A program made the translations under genes and the position numbers. Shown here one piece after another: positions 45,524 through 55,242 of a stretch of 64,000 nt of DNA (positions are counted from its first letter, which is position 1; every line of letters begins with the position of its first letter). The stretch is from a virus. Under the pieces are notes generated by a model. It was not told the DNA's origin and did not search any database. It saw nothing but the letters and a program-made list of their open reading frames with translations. Location: IMG/VR virus record IMGVR_UViG_3300021197_000841, positions 1 through 64,000 of that record; one strand, written 5' to 3'.

Positions 45524-47239
45524 ATGAACGAACAAGATAAGAACTTTTTAATAAACTTTAGTCCTATGCTTGCCGCGGCGGTTATTGGATTTTTATTGCT
45601 TGTGGCTTTTGAGGCCAAGGCAGAAGATATAGAGGAAGTGATTGTGGTTGCTCAACAGGTTGAAACCACAGAAGCAGATGCTTTAACAACTACTACTATT
45701 ACAGAAAGTATTTTACCAGAGTTTACTTGGACAGCAGGAGGCACTGGTGCCTTTCAAGGTTACAATGAACGTGGTGCTCAAGCAGTACATACGTCAGTTT
45801 ATAAAAATGGTATTCCATCTAACACCCCAGGTTCTGCTTGGTATGACTTTGGACACGAAATTGTAAGTGGTCAAAATGTTAAAGTTATTTCAGGTGCTAA
45901 TGGAGTCATGTATGGCTCAGGTAGTATTGCTGGCGCAGTATTAATTGAGGATACTATCGAAAGAAGTATCACAGCAAAGTTAGGTAGCAGTCAAGAAAGA
46001 TATATTAGTGTTGCTCCTACATCATGGTTTCAGTACACAGACTACACAACTGACCAACAAGCAAGAAACGACAACACGGAAAGTGACACATACAAAAATC
46101 AAAGTGCTAAAATTATCGCTGATGCCGGAGACTTTGAATTAATAGTAAGTGCTACAGATTACGCATATGATTATGATAATTGTTATACTGCTAGTTTTAG
46201 TCAAAGTAATGACTGCTTACAAGACGGCGAAAAGTTTACTGTTAGTGTTAGAAATGAATATTTCACTATAGGCAGAACAGAAGACAAAGCAGAATACTTC
46301 ACAGAAGGTGTTAGCACATATCAAAACGAAAGCAGTAGAGATTATTTTAGAGCAGGCGATACAGTAGACTTGTCTAAGTTATTACAAGTTACATACGGTG
46401 TCGACGGCAGTAAAGATCAATACAATGAACATGAGCAAGACAACTATGGTGCGTTTTTAAGTATCAATGCCGAATTTGCCTTGAAGTATAACTTTGGATT
46501 TAGAGTAGGCAATGCTGATCAAAACGCAATGAGAATTGGTATAGAAAGCGGACAGTTCTTTATGAATGTTGGTACAAGTTTTAGACGTCCTAACTTATAT
46601 GAAGTATACGGTGATAACTGGGTAAGTGCTAATGAAGAACTATTACCAGAAGAAGGCACAGGTTACGAAATAGGTTTTGGTGCTTTAAGTATATTCATGT
46701 ACGACTTTGAACAAGCAATTGAATATGCTAGTGGCTACACAACTACAAACATTATTACTCCTGAGATCACCACAACAGATCCTGATACAGGTGTAGTTAC
46801 TGTAACGCCTGCTGTAACAGAAGATATCTATACACCTGCTATGTATTACAATACCGGTAACTATTCAACACAGGGCGTTAGATTTGCTAACACGTGGGGT
46901 CCTATTAGCCTTATGCTAAAAGTCAACGACACAGAACAAGTTAGAATACCAGAATATGTTGCTGTGATATCATGGGAACAAAATTATAAAGGTGTGGATT
47001 ACAGAATCAAATACTCAGGGCAGTTTGACAGAGTACCAGGGCAGTATGACTTCTTACCAGAAGGACAGGAATACTTAGACGACTTAAAGAAACTAAACAT
47101 TTATGTTGGTAAGCAATTTGCGTCTGGCTTAAATCTCAACTTTACTATTGATAATATTACTGACCAAGAGGTCGAAGTATTACCTGGCTATGATAGCCAA
47201 GGCAGAGAATATCAATTAACAGTACAGTATAATTGGTAA
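45524..47239 (+). CDS. TonB-dependent outer-membrane receptor (BtuB-like)
   Basis: Signal peptide ending AKA, TonB box EEVIVVA, plug motif ISGANGVMYGSGSIAGAV, TSFRRPNLYE, C-terminal NITD..E..PGY...GR...QYNW ending in an aromatic residue. Confidence 0.85.
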   Translation: MNEQDKNFLINFSPMLAAAVIGFLLLVAFEAKAEDIEEVIVVAQQVETTEADALTTTTITESILPEFTWTAGGTGAFQGYNERGAQAVHTSVYKNGIPSNTPGSAWYDFGHEIVSGQNVKVISGANGVMYGSGSIAGAVLIEDTIERSITAKLGSSQERYISVAPTSWFQYTDYTTDQQARNDNTESDTYKNQSAKIIADAGDFELIVSATDYAYDYDNCYTASFSQSNDCLQDGEKFTVSVRNEYFTIGRTEDKAEYFTEGVSTYQNESSRDYFRAGDTVDLSKLLQVTYGVDGSKDQYNEHEQDNYGAFLSINAEFALKYNFGFRVGNADQNAMRIGIESGQFFMNVGTSFRRPNLYEVYGDNWVSANEELLPEEGTGYEIGFGALSIFMYDFEQAIEYASGYTTTNIITPEITTTDPDTGVVTVTPAVTEDIYTPAMYYNTGNYSTQGVRFANTWGPISLMLKVNDTEQVRIPEYVAVISWEQNYKGVDYRIKYSGQFDRVPGQYDFLPEGQEYLDDLKKLNIYVGKQFASGLNLNFTIDNITDQEVEVLPGYDSQGREYQLTVQYNW

Positions 47240-47284
47240 TGTAATAAATAATATTTGTAAATTAACTAACATTGTAGGACCACA

Positions 47285-47554
47285 ATGACCACAGATAAAA
47301 TTATTAAAAAAATTATTAGCACGTTTAAAGAATTACAATTACGTTCTAATGAAATCAACCACGCATCAGGCGAACTTGTTTTAGCAACATGTATTCAAAA
47401 AGATAGAAGAGGAAAGTATGACAGTTTAGGCTTTTACAATGTAAAAACTAAAAGATATGCTTTAGTCTTTATTCGTGATTATATTGCTAGGAATGTTAAT
47501 CATATTCCAGAACTTGATCAGATGCGTTCACTTGTAAAAGAATCTGCTCTATAG
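47285..47554 (+). CDS. Hypothetical protein
   Basis: 89-aa ORF with AGGA RBS and TAAATA at 47245-47250. Confidence 0.7.
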   Translation: MTTDKIIKKIISTFKELQLRSNEINHASGELVLATCIQKDRRGKYDSLGFYNVKTKRYALVFIRDYIARNVNHIPELDQMRSLVKESAL

Positions 47555-47559
47555 AAGCA

Positions 47560-47766
47560 ATGACTAATAACAGAATTAACAATTCTCTAAATAACACACT
47601 TGAAGAAGAACTTAGGGTTATGCTTGTAGAAAAGAATAACGAAAACCGAGAGTTAAGAGCACAAGTTAAAATTTTAGAGGATTGTGTTGCTGAAGAACAA
47701 GAAGCAAAATATAGAGCATGGGTTAAATTAGCCGATCTTAAAAAAAGTACTGGTACTACAGAGTAG
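47560..47766 (+). CDS. Small coiled-coil hypothetical protein
   Basis: Heptad-like LEEELRVMLVEKNNENRELRAQVKILE; follows the previous gene by 5 nt. Confidence 0.65.
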   Translation: MTNNRINNSLNNTLEEELRVMLVEKNNENRELRAQVKILEDCVAEEQEAKYRAWVKLADLKKSTGTTE

Positions 47767-48580
47767 AAAACAGTTCTGCTTCTACAAGTCTCTTATTATA
47801 TAATTCGTGATTAACAATCTCTTTGTCTTTTTTAATGATACTAGAGAAATCTAAAAAATGAGATGCTACCTTATTATAATGCTGATTATTAAGAGTTAAT
47901 ATAAGATTACTATTAATTAATCGTTTTTCTTCTACATCGAATGCTAACGATATAAGAGCCGCAAACTGAGATTTACTTATTGGAACTGTAACTAAACGTT
48001 GAATCGTGTTGATTGCTAATTGTAAATCGATAGTAAATAGTTTTCTGATCGTGTTGTTATCAACTCCATTTTGAAAACTACAAACATATATTCCGGTATC
48101 TTTATCAAATACTTCTAATTCGCTAAAGTTTGCTAAAGAAAAACTATTCTTAGTAAATACATTGCTTCCTTTTAATTCCTGGAACTGCTGTTTAATAATA
48201 CGTTGTACTTCGCTGTTATCTAAAGATACATAACCATAGTCGCGATAAGCAATCATGTTATTTGCTATTTCCATTTGTGTTAGTTTGTGTTCGAAGCCAA
48301 TGTATGTTTCTCTGTTATATTGTTGTGGGTATGTGTATACTGGCACAATAGATTTAATAAACACCTCTAACTCTTTCATAAAAACAGGTTCTAATGTATG
48401 GTCAGTAGGTAATACTAAATTAGTTTGAGCAGTACTTTTATTATATTCGGGTATAACTTCGCCTGTAGACCAATTATATGCTGTACCTAAAAAATATCCA
48501 TCCGGTGATGAATAGTTTGCTGGCTTTTTGTCTGAAAAGTCAATTTGTCCAGGTAGCAAATCTGTTTGAGCATTTATCAT
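47756..48580 (-). CDS. Degenerate GH24 lysozyme-like baseplate protein
   Basis: TYIGFEH (cf. TIGYGH), SQFAALISLAFDV, LYNKRLVEAELF; directly downstream of the gp5-like gene. Confidence 0.6.
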   Translation of the reverse strand: MINAQTDLLPGQIDFSDKKPANYSSPDGYFLGTAYNWSTGEVIPEYNKSTAQTNLVLPTDHTLEPVFMKELEVFIKSIVPVYTYPQQYNRETYIGFEHKLTQMEIANNMIAYRDYGYVSLDNSEVQRIIKQQFQELKGSNVFTKNSFSLANFSELEVFDKDTGIYVCSFQNGVDNNTIRKLFTIDLQLAINTIQRLVTVPISKSQFAALISLAFDVEEKRLINSNLILTLNNQHYNKVASHFLDFSSIIKKDKEIVNHELYNKRLVEAELFSTL

Positions 48581-50268
48581 TTAAATCCACCTTTGAACGG
48601 CTTGTCTTTCTTAGACGTACTAGGTTCTGGTTGTGGTACTCTAGAAAGAATAGTTTTTACACCTTTGTTGATCATTCCTTCCCACTTTGGTACCCCTTGC
48701 GGACTACCGGGCGGAAATATCATACGAGTAAGTGTTTTACCTTGTACTTGCTTACCTGGCTGTTCCGGTAACGGTACCGGGAGAGGTATAATATCAAAGC
48801 CAAATAGTGTCATAGGCTTGAATTTTGTTCCTATATAATCTGATACTTTTAATTCTGGAAATTCTAATACTGGAGTAAATGCCTCTGGAGCAATATCTAC
48901 CATGGCTCCTTCTAAATTAAGTTTTGCCATACCTTGAACAACTGTGTTAGTACTTGTAGCAGTTAAAGTGCCTAATGGGCCTGTGACTAAATTAATTTTA
49001 CCAGGTATTGGATTACCCATTACAACTCTGCCGTCTGCTTGACCTATAATATTTTGCGATTTTATTTTTGTTTCGCCTGCTGAGTTTAGTAAAATCTTAC
49101 CCTGTGTACCAGTTAATTTTAAAAACGGCGATGGTTGTGCTGAGAACTCTAAGTTTTGTCCTTTAATGTTTACATCTTTGTAACCTTCAATGTTGACTGT
49201 GCCTTTTGTAAGAGCGGCAACAAAGAGTGGGCCTGCTTGTGGGTCGGCCATGGCTAAATCTACCTCCTCCACTATGCCACCTAAGCCTCGACCTTCATCC
49301 AATGGATGGGGAGAATTATTAGCGGCCTTTATATTAATATCTTGGCCTGCTTCAATGTTTACATTTTGATCTGCTCTTAAATTTAAGTCGCCCATAGTTC
49401 TAACATTATAACTGCCTTTGCCGAATATATCTATATTGCCTTCACCATCTATTTCAATATACCCTGTTCCTTTTTTGTTCACAATATAGATAATATCGTT
49501 CGTATCGTTTAATAAAATCTGCATACCCTGGCCTGTACGCAATCTAATTAAATTATTATTATCATTGTCATCCATTACGAACTGATGGCCTGGATTTCTT
49601 GCCTTGGGATTTCCATCTTGTCTAGAGCCCGGTGTTAATATACCAAATACTTCAGAAATATCTTCTCGTCTGGCACCACTAGTACTTTGCCCTCTAACAA
49701 AATCATCTGCCAATCCTTGATGGAATAAATTATCTGCTAATGGGTGTTGAGGCCTCTTTGACGACTTGGGCACAGTTTTTGTGCCTTTATACTCATACTC
49801 CATGTCAAAATTACTTGGATCAGAATTCAGGTTTACTTCTGTAACAGCATCGGGCAATCCATTTGTAGTTTGTCCTGCTGGAATACCTGGCACCATAGAG
49901 TTTCTTAAAGAGTGAAATAAACATGATATAATTACTGGTATCTTTTTTGCGTTCTTAAACACAATGCCTACTATAACTTGAGTACCAGGGTCTGGTGGTC
50001 TCATCCACATACCGTAACTGGTTTGTGCCGCTGTAGGATCTGCGTCATCTGTGTTTGCGCCTAATTCCGTTGCTCCAGCAAATGGCGAAGACCATTGACA
50101 GTTAAATAATGCGTCATCGGTTTCATCTGACCCTGTTATCTCTGGGATATGTACTAACATATTTCCGTTGCGGGTTGTATCTATAACTTTCTTGATTGTG
50201 CCAATCCAGAGTTGCTTAGTTTCCAATACTGAATTGTAGTGCTCTCTTAACTTATCTTTTCTTGCCAT
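48577..50268 (-). CDS. gp5: Baseplate central spike/hub (gp5/VgrG-like OB fold plus beta-helix)
   Basis: D..RNG...V.IP, SYGMW..PPD.G..V, GHQFVMDD, IRLRT..G, IEIDGEGNIDI repeats. Confidence 0.75.
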   Translation of the reverse strand: MARKDKLREHYNSVLETKQLWIGTIKKVIDTTRNGNMLVHIPEITGSDETDDALFNCQWSSPFAGATELGANTDDADPTAAQTSYGMWMRPPDPGTQVIVGIVFKNAKKIPVIISCLFHSLRNSMVPGIPAGQTTNGLPDAVTEVNLNSDPSNFDMEYEYKGTKTVPKSSKRPQHPLADNLFHQGLADDFVRGQSTSGARREDISEVFGILTPGSRQDGNPKARNPGHQFVMDDNDNNNLIRLRTGQGMQILLNDTNDIIYIVNKKGTGYIEIDGEGNIDIFGKGSYNVRTMGDLNLRADQNVNIEAGQDINIKAANNSPHPLDEGRGLGGIVEEVDLAMADPQAGPLFVAALTKGTVNIEGYKDVNIKGQNLEFSAQPSPFLKLTGTQGKILLNSAGETKIKSQNIIGQADGRVVMGNPIPGKINLVTGPLGTLTATSTNTVVQGMAKLNLEGAMVDIAPEAFTPVLEFPELKVSDYIGTKFKPMTLFGFDIIPLPVPLPEQPGKQVQGKTLTRMIFPPGSPQGVPKWEGMINKGVKTILSRVPQPEPSTSKKDKPFKGGFK

Positions 50269-50273
50269 ACTGC

Positions 50274-50279
50274 TATTTA
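50274..50279 (-). promoter_or_regulatory. Putative late promoter, leaderless
   Basis: TAAATA-GCAGT-ATG. Confidence 0.55.
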
Positions 50280-50286
50280 ATCTCCA

Positions 50287-53247
50287 TTATCGAAATCGAC
50301 TGCCGGATCTGATCGAGGAAATGTAATTAACCACATTGTCTACGTCTTGGTTAGTATCTGCCTGTGGTTGTTCACCACCTGCCTGTGGTTGTTCACCGCC
50401 TGCTTGTGGTTGTTCTTGCCTCGGGTCAATTACAGCAGGTGCTTCAAGTACTTCGGCTTGAGCCTGATCTTCTGATTCGTTGTCATCGTCGGCATATACA
50501 GGGTGATTGGGTTCTTTTTGATTTTTAATACATTTCAATAATTGTTTAAACTGCCCACCGCTAAATTTATGCGTTACTTCTGTAATCATATAGTATCCAG
50601 AATACGATGGATCTATTTGTTTAATATCTACTATACCAGTATGCTGTTCAAAGTCATCAGCATAATGTTCATACTCTTTAGGGAAAACATATCTAAATGC
50701 TGTAAATACCGAGCCGTTACCATATGGCGCGGATGTTTTAGACTCTCTATCTGTTGTGTATTCTTCTTTCCATGTATTTGGCTCAGTCTTATCCTCAGGT
50801 GTTACCAATATAGACGGAGTGCTATTTTCATTTTTTGAATAGTCTTCTCTACCAAACCAATACGGATCACCTTTAACAGTTAATTCCATCTGGACCAAGT
50901 AGGGTATGCCTTCTTTTTTATATGAAAGCATTGTTGAAGCATAATGTTGTTTAGGCGTTACATCGTTTGAATTGGGATCTTCACCTACAGGAACACCTTC
51001 CACTTGGGTGTAAGAAAAATCAAATGCGTCAGGATCAACTCCAGAAAAATCCATTTCTTCTAAATATGTTAATTCGTGTTCTGGAGCACTCGAAGCCTCT
51101 AACATTTCAAATGTAAAACTGTTTTTATTAATAGCAGGTGCTCCGGAAAATCCTGGCGGTGCCGTGGCAAATTGTGCTATTTCATCAATTAGTGTTTGTG
51201 CTTCGCCTAGACCCGGTATATCATCTGGACTTAAACTTAATCCGGTTCCGGCAATTACTTGATTTACGTTGTCAACTAAACCGTCAATCCCACTACTGAG
51301 AGATGTCAGTCGTTTTGCTAAGCCTGATGTAAATTCAAACGGACTAGATGCACCCGTAATAATCTGTGCTATTTGTCCAGCCGCAATGTTTAAACCACCA
51401 GCAAGGTCCCCTGCTGTGTCTTCTAGCACTGATTGAAAGTCTTGTATATCAGCAAATAATCCATCTACTACTTGCGTGCCTTTGGCAACTGATTCTATTT
51501 TGTTAAAAATTGCTATAGGTGAACTTGGTAATCTTCGAGATAATGTAGTACCCGATATGCCACCTGCTACACCAGATGCTGTTGCTTGTATCTCAGCAAT
51601 TCCTGTAATTGCGTCTCTTGTATTTTTACCTAATGAGGAAACTGTGGATTTAAGATCACTTCCTAATTGTTTAAAATGATTAAGTAATGTTTCGGTGGAG
51701 GCTTTACCAGCCTTGGCTTGCTGTAATAGTCTGGTTGTGGTTTTTTCTCTGGCTTTCTCGAGGCTCTTTGCATCCACTTGCCTTGCCTTAGAATCTTGAT
51801 AAGTAGGTTGTATTCCTCCATACGCAGGAAATATAAATACCTGCCCTGTGGGGAAACTTAAATCCACATCTAGTACTTGATCGTTAATACCAGTAAACAT
51901 GTAATCGTATTGTTTAACAATATTCCATTTATCAATTGCTTTCTTCTTTTTGTCTTTTTCGTCGTTGCTAAAGTTTTCTGTGTTACATGTTGCGCCGGCT
52001 TGTAATTGTAAATCCAAAATGTATATAACGTTAAATGCCGGAGTTCCAGTAGGCAACGAGTCAGCCTGAGGTTTTTTAATAACAGATGATCTTATTACTG
52101 GTGCCCATATGGCATCATTGCATTCTTTAGTTGCTATAATATTATCTTCAGATGCTATGGCTTTTATGTCTGTTACATAATCTACAAAGTAAGCACTCTT
52201 TTTCATTATATCTTCAATGGCTTGTTCTATACTTGTGCCTTTTTTAATGTTATGTTCAACCTGGAGTTTTTCTACTCCTTCAATTGTTGATGGATCTTTA
52301 ACTGGATCTGTTTCCTTGTTACCATTAATATGAAATTTTGGATCAATCTTAAAATCTTCAGGTTCCAATGGGACTTTATCTTTTATGCCGTATTTTTTGC
52401 CAAGACCAATTCCTATACTATGAAAACCACTAAGTTTACTACCTGATGGCGAATCTAACTCTATTCCTTTCTGAGTTAACATCTCGGCGAATTTTTTTAA
52501 CAGACGTTCAGTAGTTAAGGTGGCCGACTGTTTCGGGTCGGCTTCGATCGTTATAGTCATATCTTCTACTGCTCTTTTAGTATAGTCAGGTAACTTTGCG
52601 CCAATTTCGGTAAATGATACGCCGGCCAAATTATATTCTGTGCCATCAGTAGTAGGATTGAAATCAAAATTTGTTAACCAAAACGGCCATGCCCATGATC
52701 CGAGTATTTCATAATCTTGTGACGGCATGCCATCAGTGTCGACTAGTTCTTTTTCGTCGGTCGTCCAGTCTCTGTATCCAACTAAATCTACTTCTATTAG
52801 ATATGGAAGATCTAATGGTCCTTTGGATTTGCCTTTATCATTTTTATATAACTTGTCTACATCAAACTTAGATTCTTGATCCATCAATCTAAGTTTGTTA
52901 AATGCTATTTGAATTAACGTAAAGAAACTGGCACCAATCGGCTCGGTGATTGTAAATGCTATTTTTGTCGAATATCCTTTGCTATTATCAGGTGTACCTA
53001 AACCATATGTGTCAACTACTGTTTGTATATCTAAGTTATCTATATTAAATTTTGTAGTTACGCCTGTTTGAGCAATGATAACTTTTTTTGTGCCCTTGGA
53101 AACTCCTAAAGGCAATATACCAGATTGGTGAAAACTGTTTGGTAAAGCACTGAATGTAATATTATATGTATAACTAGATAGATAATCTAAAGAATTCGGC
53201 ATTGGATCACCGCTAGTATACAAATTATTTTTATCTGTATCTGCCAT
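50287..53247 (-). CDS. Baseplate hub protein (gp27-like)
   Basis: N-terminal SYTYNI, KQYDYMFTG.N, LTVKGDPYW, SGYYMITEVTHKFSGGQFKQ.L; lies between gp53-like and gp5-like genes. Confidence 0.6.
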   Translation of the reverse strand: MADTDKNNLYTSGDPMPNSLDYLSSYTYNITFSALPNSFHQSGILPLGVSKGTKKVIIAQTGVTTKFNIDNLDIQTVVDTYGLGTPDNSKGYSTKIAFTITEPIGASFFTLIQIAFNKLRLMDQESKFDVDKLYKNDKGKSKGPLDLPYLIEVDLVGYRDWTTDEKELVDTDGMPSQDYEILGSWAWPFWLTNFDFNPTTDGTEYNLAGVSFTEIGAKLPDYTKRAVEDMTITIEADPKQSATLTTERLLKKFAEMLTQKGIELDSPSGSKLSGFHSIGIGLGKKYGIKDKVPLEPEDFKIDPKFHINGNKETDPVKDPSTIEGVEKLQVEHNIKKGTSIEQAIEDIMKKSAYFVDYVTDIKAIASEDNIIATKECNDAIWAPVIRSSVIKKPQADSLPTGTPAFNVIYILDLQLQAGATCNTENFSNDEKDKKKKAIDKWNIVKQYDYMFTGINDQVLDVDLSFPTGQVFIFPAYGGIQPTYQDSKARQVDAKSLEKAREKTTTRLLQQAKAGKASTETLLNHFKQLGSDLKSTVSSLGKNTRDAITGIAEIQATASGVAGGISGTTLSRRLPSSPIAIFNKIESVAKGTQVVDGLFADIQDFQSVLEDTAGDLAGGLNIAAGQIAQIITGASSPFEFTSGLAKRLTSLSSGIDGLVDNVNQVIAGTGLSLSPDDIPGLGEAQTLIDEIAQFATAPPGFSGAPAINKNSFTFEMLEASSAPEHELTYLEEMDFSGVDPDAFDFSYTQVEGVPVGEDPNSNDVTPKQHYASTMLSYKKEGIPYLVQMELTVKGDPYWFGREDYSKNENSTPSILVTPEDKTEPNTWKEEYTTDRESKTSAPYGNGSVFTAFRYVFPKEYEHYADDFEQHTGIVDIKQIDPSYSGYYMITEVTHKFSGGQFKQLLKCIKNQKEPNHPVYADDDNESEDQAQAEVLEAPAVIDPRQEQPQAGGEQPQAGGEQPQADTNQDVDNVVNYISSIRSGSRFR
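50359..50415. repeat. 21-bp tandem repeat x2.7 (encodes EQPQAGG)
   Basis: TGCCTGTGGTTGTTCACC(A/G)CC units. Confidence 0.9.
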
Positions 53248-53248
53248 G

Positions 53249-53551
53249 TTATCCCCTAGTTAGGTTTTCTACTGTTTCTTTACTTGGAACTTTAATTTCT
53301 ATTCCTGCCTGGAAATCCATTAGCGGATCTTTTATAATGTCTAAATTGCGTAATGTAAAGACCCACCAAAACTCAACATTATTGTATAAATCGTATGCTA
53401 GTAGATCAGGCCGCATACTGTATTTTTCTTGTAGTATAATAGTCTGATCAGTAATACTCTCTTTGATTCGAGGTAAATTAGCATAATTAAGACCTGTATA
53501 AAAAGACTTATTAGGTGCCGAATTAAGGAAACTGTTTTTTGAATATGCCAT
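53249..53551 (-). CDS. gp53: Baseplate wedge protein (gp53/LysM-like)
   Basis: RPDLLAYDLY....WWVF..RN...DP..DF.AG..I.VP. Confidence 0.75.
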   Translation of the reverse strand: MAYSKNSFLNSAPNKSFYTGLNYANLPRIKESITDQTIILQEKYSMRPDLLAYDLYNNVEFWWVFTLRNLDIIKDPLMDFQAGIEIKVPSKETVENLTRG

Positions 53552-54258
53552 TAAATAAATCCTATGTTTTTGCCACGTTTCATATCATCAAGACTAAAAT
53601 CTTTACGAATTCGTCTAGGTGAATATTGCGGTGTAAGGTTAATTGTAAATTCTACATCGGTTGGCACATAAGTAACACTCTTATCACCAAACGCACTAGC
53701 AAAGATGCCCGAAGATATTTTCCCGTCTTTATCCGGTTGTTGTCCTGTGGGCGAAGCCGGTACTGGAACATAATCAACCTGATTCGAGAGCATCATGTTA
53801 AAGTCTGTTAGTAGAACTGGAACTCTATCAAATCCAAAAGGCCCTAAGTATGAAAATTGCATCAACGGTGGAGGCGCACCAAATTTCTTAGATGCTATTG
53901 CTCTTTCACCAAAATCACTTTGGGTCATTGCATTTAGGAATCTAAATGTTGCTAATAAGTATTGTGCTTCTTCTTTTGAACTTGCTGTAAATTGTGCTAT
54001 AAGAGGTATAATTGGCGGAGCAGAGTTTATATAACTATATATAGGATAGTTTGCTCCTTTAAAATCCATCTGCCCATAATTTGCCGATCTGGCAAAGTAA
54101 AGGTTTGGTGTATACGGAAATACAATTCCTCTATTTGCTTTTAATGGGAACATTACATTACCTTCTTTAACTGTCTCGTCAAAGAATGATTCAGAGTACT
54201 TTTTAAACAACTGTAACCTTGCTCTATAATCAGAATTTAATGTTGTTTCAAAACCCAT
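53551..54258 (-). CDS. Tail tube initiator-like protein (gp48/gp54 type)
   Basis: FPYTP, PPPL..F...GP..F..VPVL..DF; GGAG RBS sets the start at 54258; GATAAATA at 54290-54297. Confidence 0.55.
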   Translation of the reverse strand: MGFETTLNSDYRARLQLFKKYSESFFDETVKEGNVMFPLKANRGIVFPYTPNLYFARSANYGQMDFKGANYPIYSYINSAPPIIPLIAQFTASSKEEAQYLLATFRFLNAMTQSDFGERAIASKKFGAPPPLMQFSYLGPFGFDRVPVLLTDFNMMLSNQVDYVPVPASPTGQQPDKDGKISSGIFASAFGDKSVTYVPTDVEFTINLTPQYSPRRIRKDFSLDDMKRGKNIGFI

Positions 54259-54343
54259 ATGCTCTCCATTTTTATAAAAGTATGTAATGTATTTATCGAT
54301 TTCAATAAAACTACACTTAATTCCTAAAAGTGGATAATTATAC

Positions 54344-54371
54344 TTGACTTCTGAAAAAATAAATGTATAAT
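54344..54371 (+). promoter_or_regulatory. Host sigma70-type promoter of the gp55-gp47-gp46 operon
   Basis: TTGACT-N16-TATAAT, then GGAG RBS before ATG 54395. Confidence 0.8.
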
Positions 54372-54394
54372 ACATTAAACGGAGATTACAAACA

Positions 54395-55240
54395 ATGGCA
54401 CAAAAATATCTTAATAATAAAGACTTACTGAAAGAAATTCATAAAAGTAAAATGAGTTTTTGCTGGATTAAGTCACCACAGTACGACAGACCCGACATTA
54501 TTGTCAACGACGTCAGCGAAATAAACAAATCTGTATATGATCAAGCAAAACAAAATAAAGCAGGTCGTATGAAGGATCTAGCATACCAATCGGCAGTAAA
54601 AGGATACGAGGGACCAGCAAACAAAAAGCCTAAACAGAAGGATTTTTTAGTTGAACCAGATTCTATTGCTGATGAAGAGATTACTATTAGAGTAATGGAT
54701 ATGGAACACATTCCACTGGAGCCAGGCAGAAAGAAAAATCCCAGGAACGAAGCAGAAACAAAAGCAAAGTGTAACTTTCCAGCATTTAAACACTATGCTA
54801 AAGTAAATGGAGAGATTACAGAAGTTGCTAGAAGTCACTGGAAGGGCGGACTTAAGAGTGGTAAGTTTAATGTCGAGCACGGAAGTATTACTAACGAACT
54901 TGGCAAAATGTATCTCAAACTAGTAGAAAGATATAGTCAGAGAGCAAACTGGAGAGGCTATACATACATTGATGAAATGCGTGGACAGGCACTATTGCAG
55001 TTAGCAATGATAGGCTTACAGTTTAATGAAGCAAAGTCTGACAATCCGTTTGCTTATTATACAGCCGCAATTACAAACAGTTTTACAAGAGTTCTAAACA
55101 TTGAGAAAAGAAATCAGAATATCAGAGACGATATACTTATTGACTCAGGACATTTACCGAGTTATGGTAGACAGATTAAGCACGAAGAAGAAATGAAAGC
55201 ACAAAGAGAAGAAGCACAAAATTCTAATTCGGATGCTTAA
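54395..55240 (+). CDS. gp55: Late-transcription sigma factor (T4 gp55-like)
   Basis: YLNNKDLL, NWRGYTYIDEM, FNEAKSDNPFAYYT; precedes gp47/gp46 as in T4-like phages. Confidence 0.85.
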   Translation: MAQKYLNNKDLLKEIHKSKMSFCWIKSPQYDRPDIIVNDVSEINKSVYDQAKQNKAGRMKDLAYQSAVKGYEGPANKKPKQKDFLVEPDSIADEEITIRVMDMEHIPLEPGRKKNPRNEAETKAKCNFPAFKHYAKVNGEITEVARSHWKGGLKSGKFNVEHGSITNELGKMYLKLVERYSQRANWRGYTYIDEMRGQALLQLAMIGLQFNEAKSDNPFAYYTAAITNSFTRVLNIEKRNQNIRDDILIDSGHLPSYGRQIKHEEEMKAQREEAQNSNSDA

Positions 55241-55242
55241 TT

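Noticed and set aside
14407-50415. Short tandem repeats (33, 9, 33 and 21 bp) as CRISPR or DGR elements
   Set aside because: All are in-frame coding repeats without spacers; no cas or reverse transcriptase gene, and no adenine-specific TR/VR pair seen
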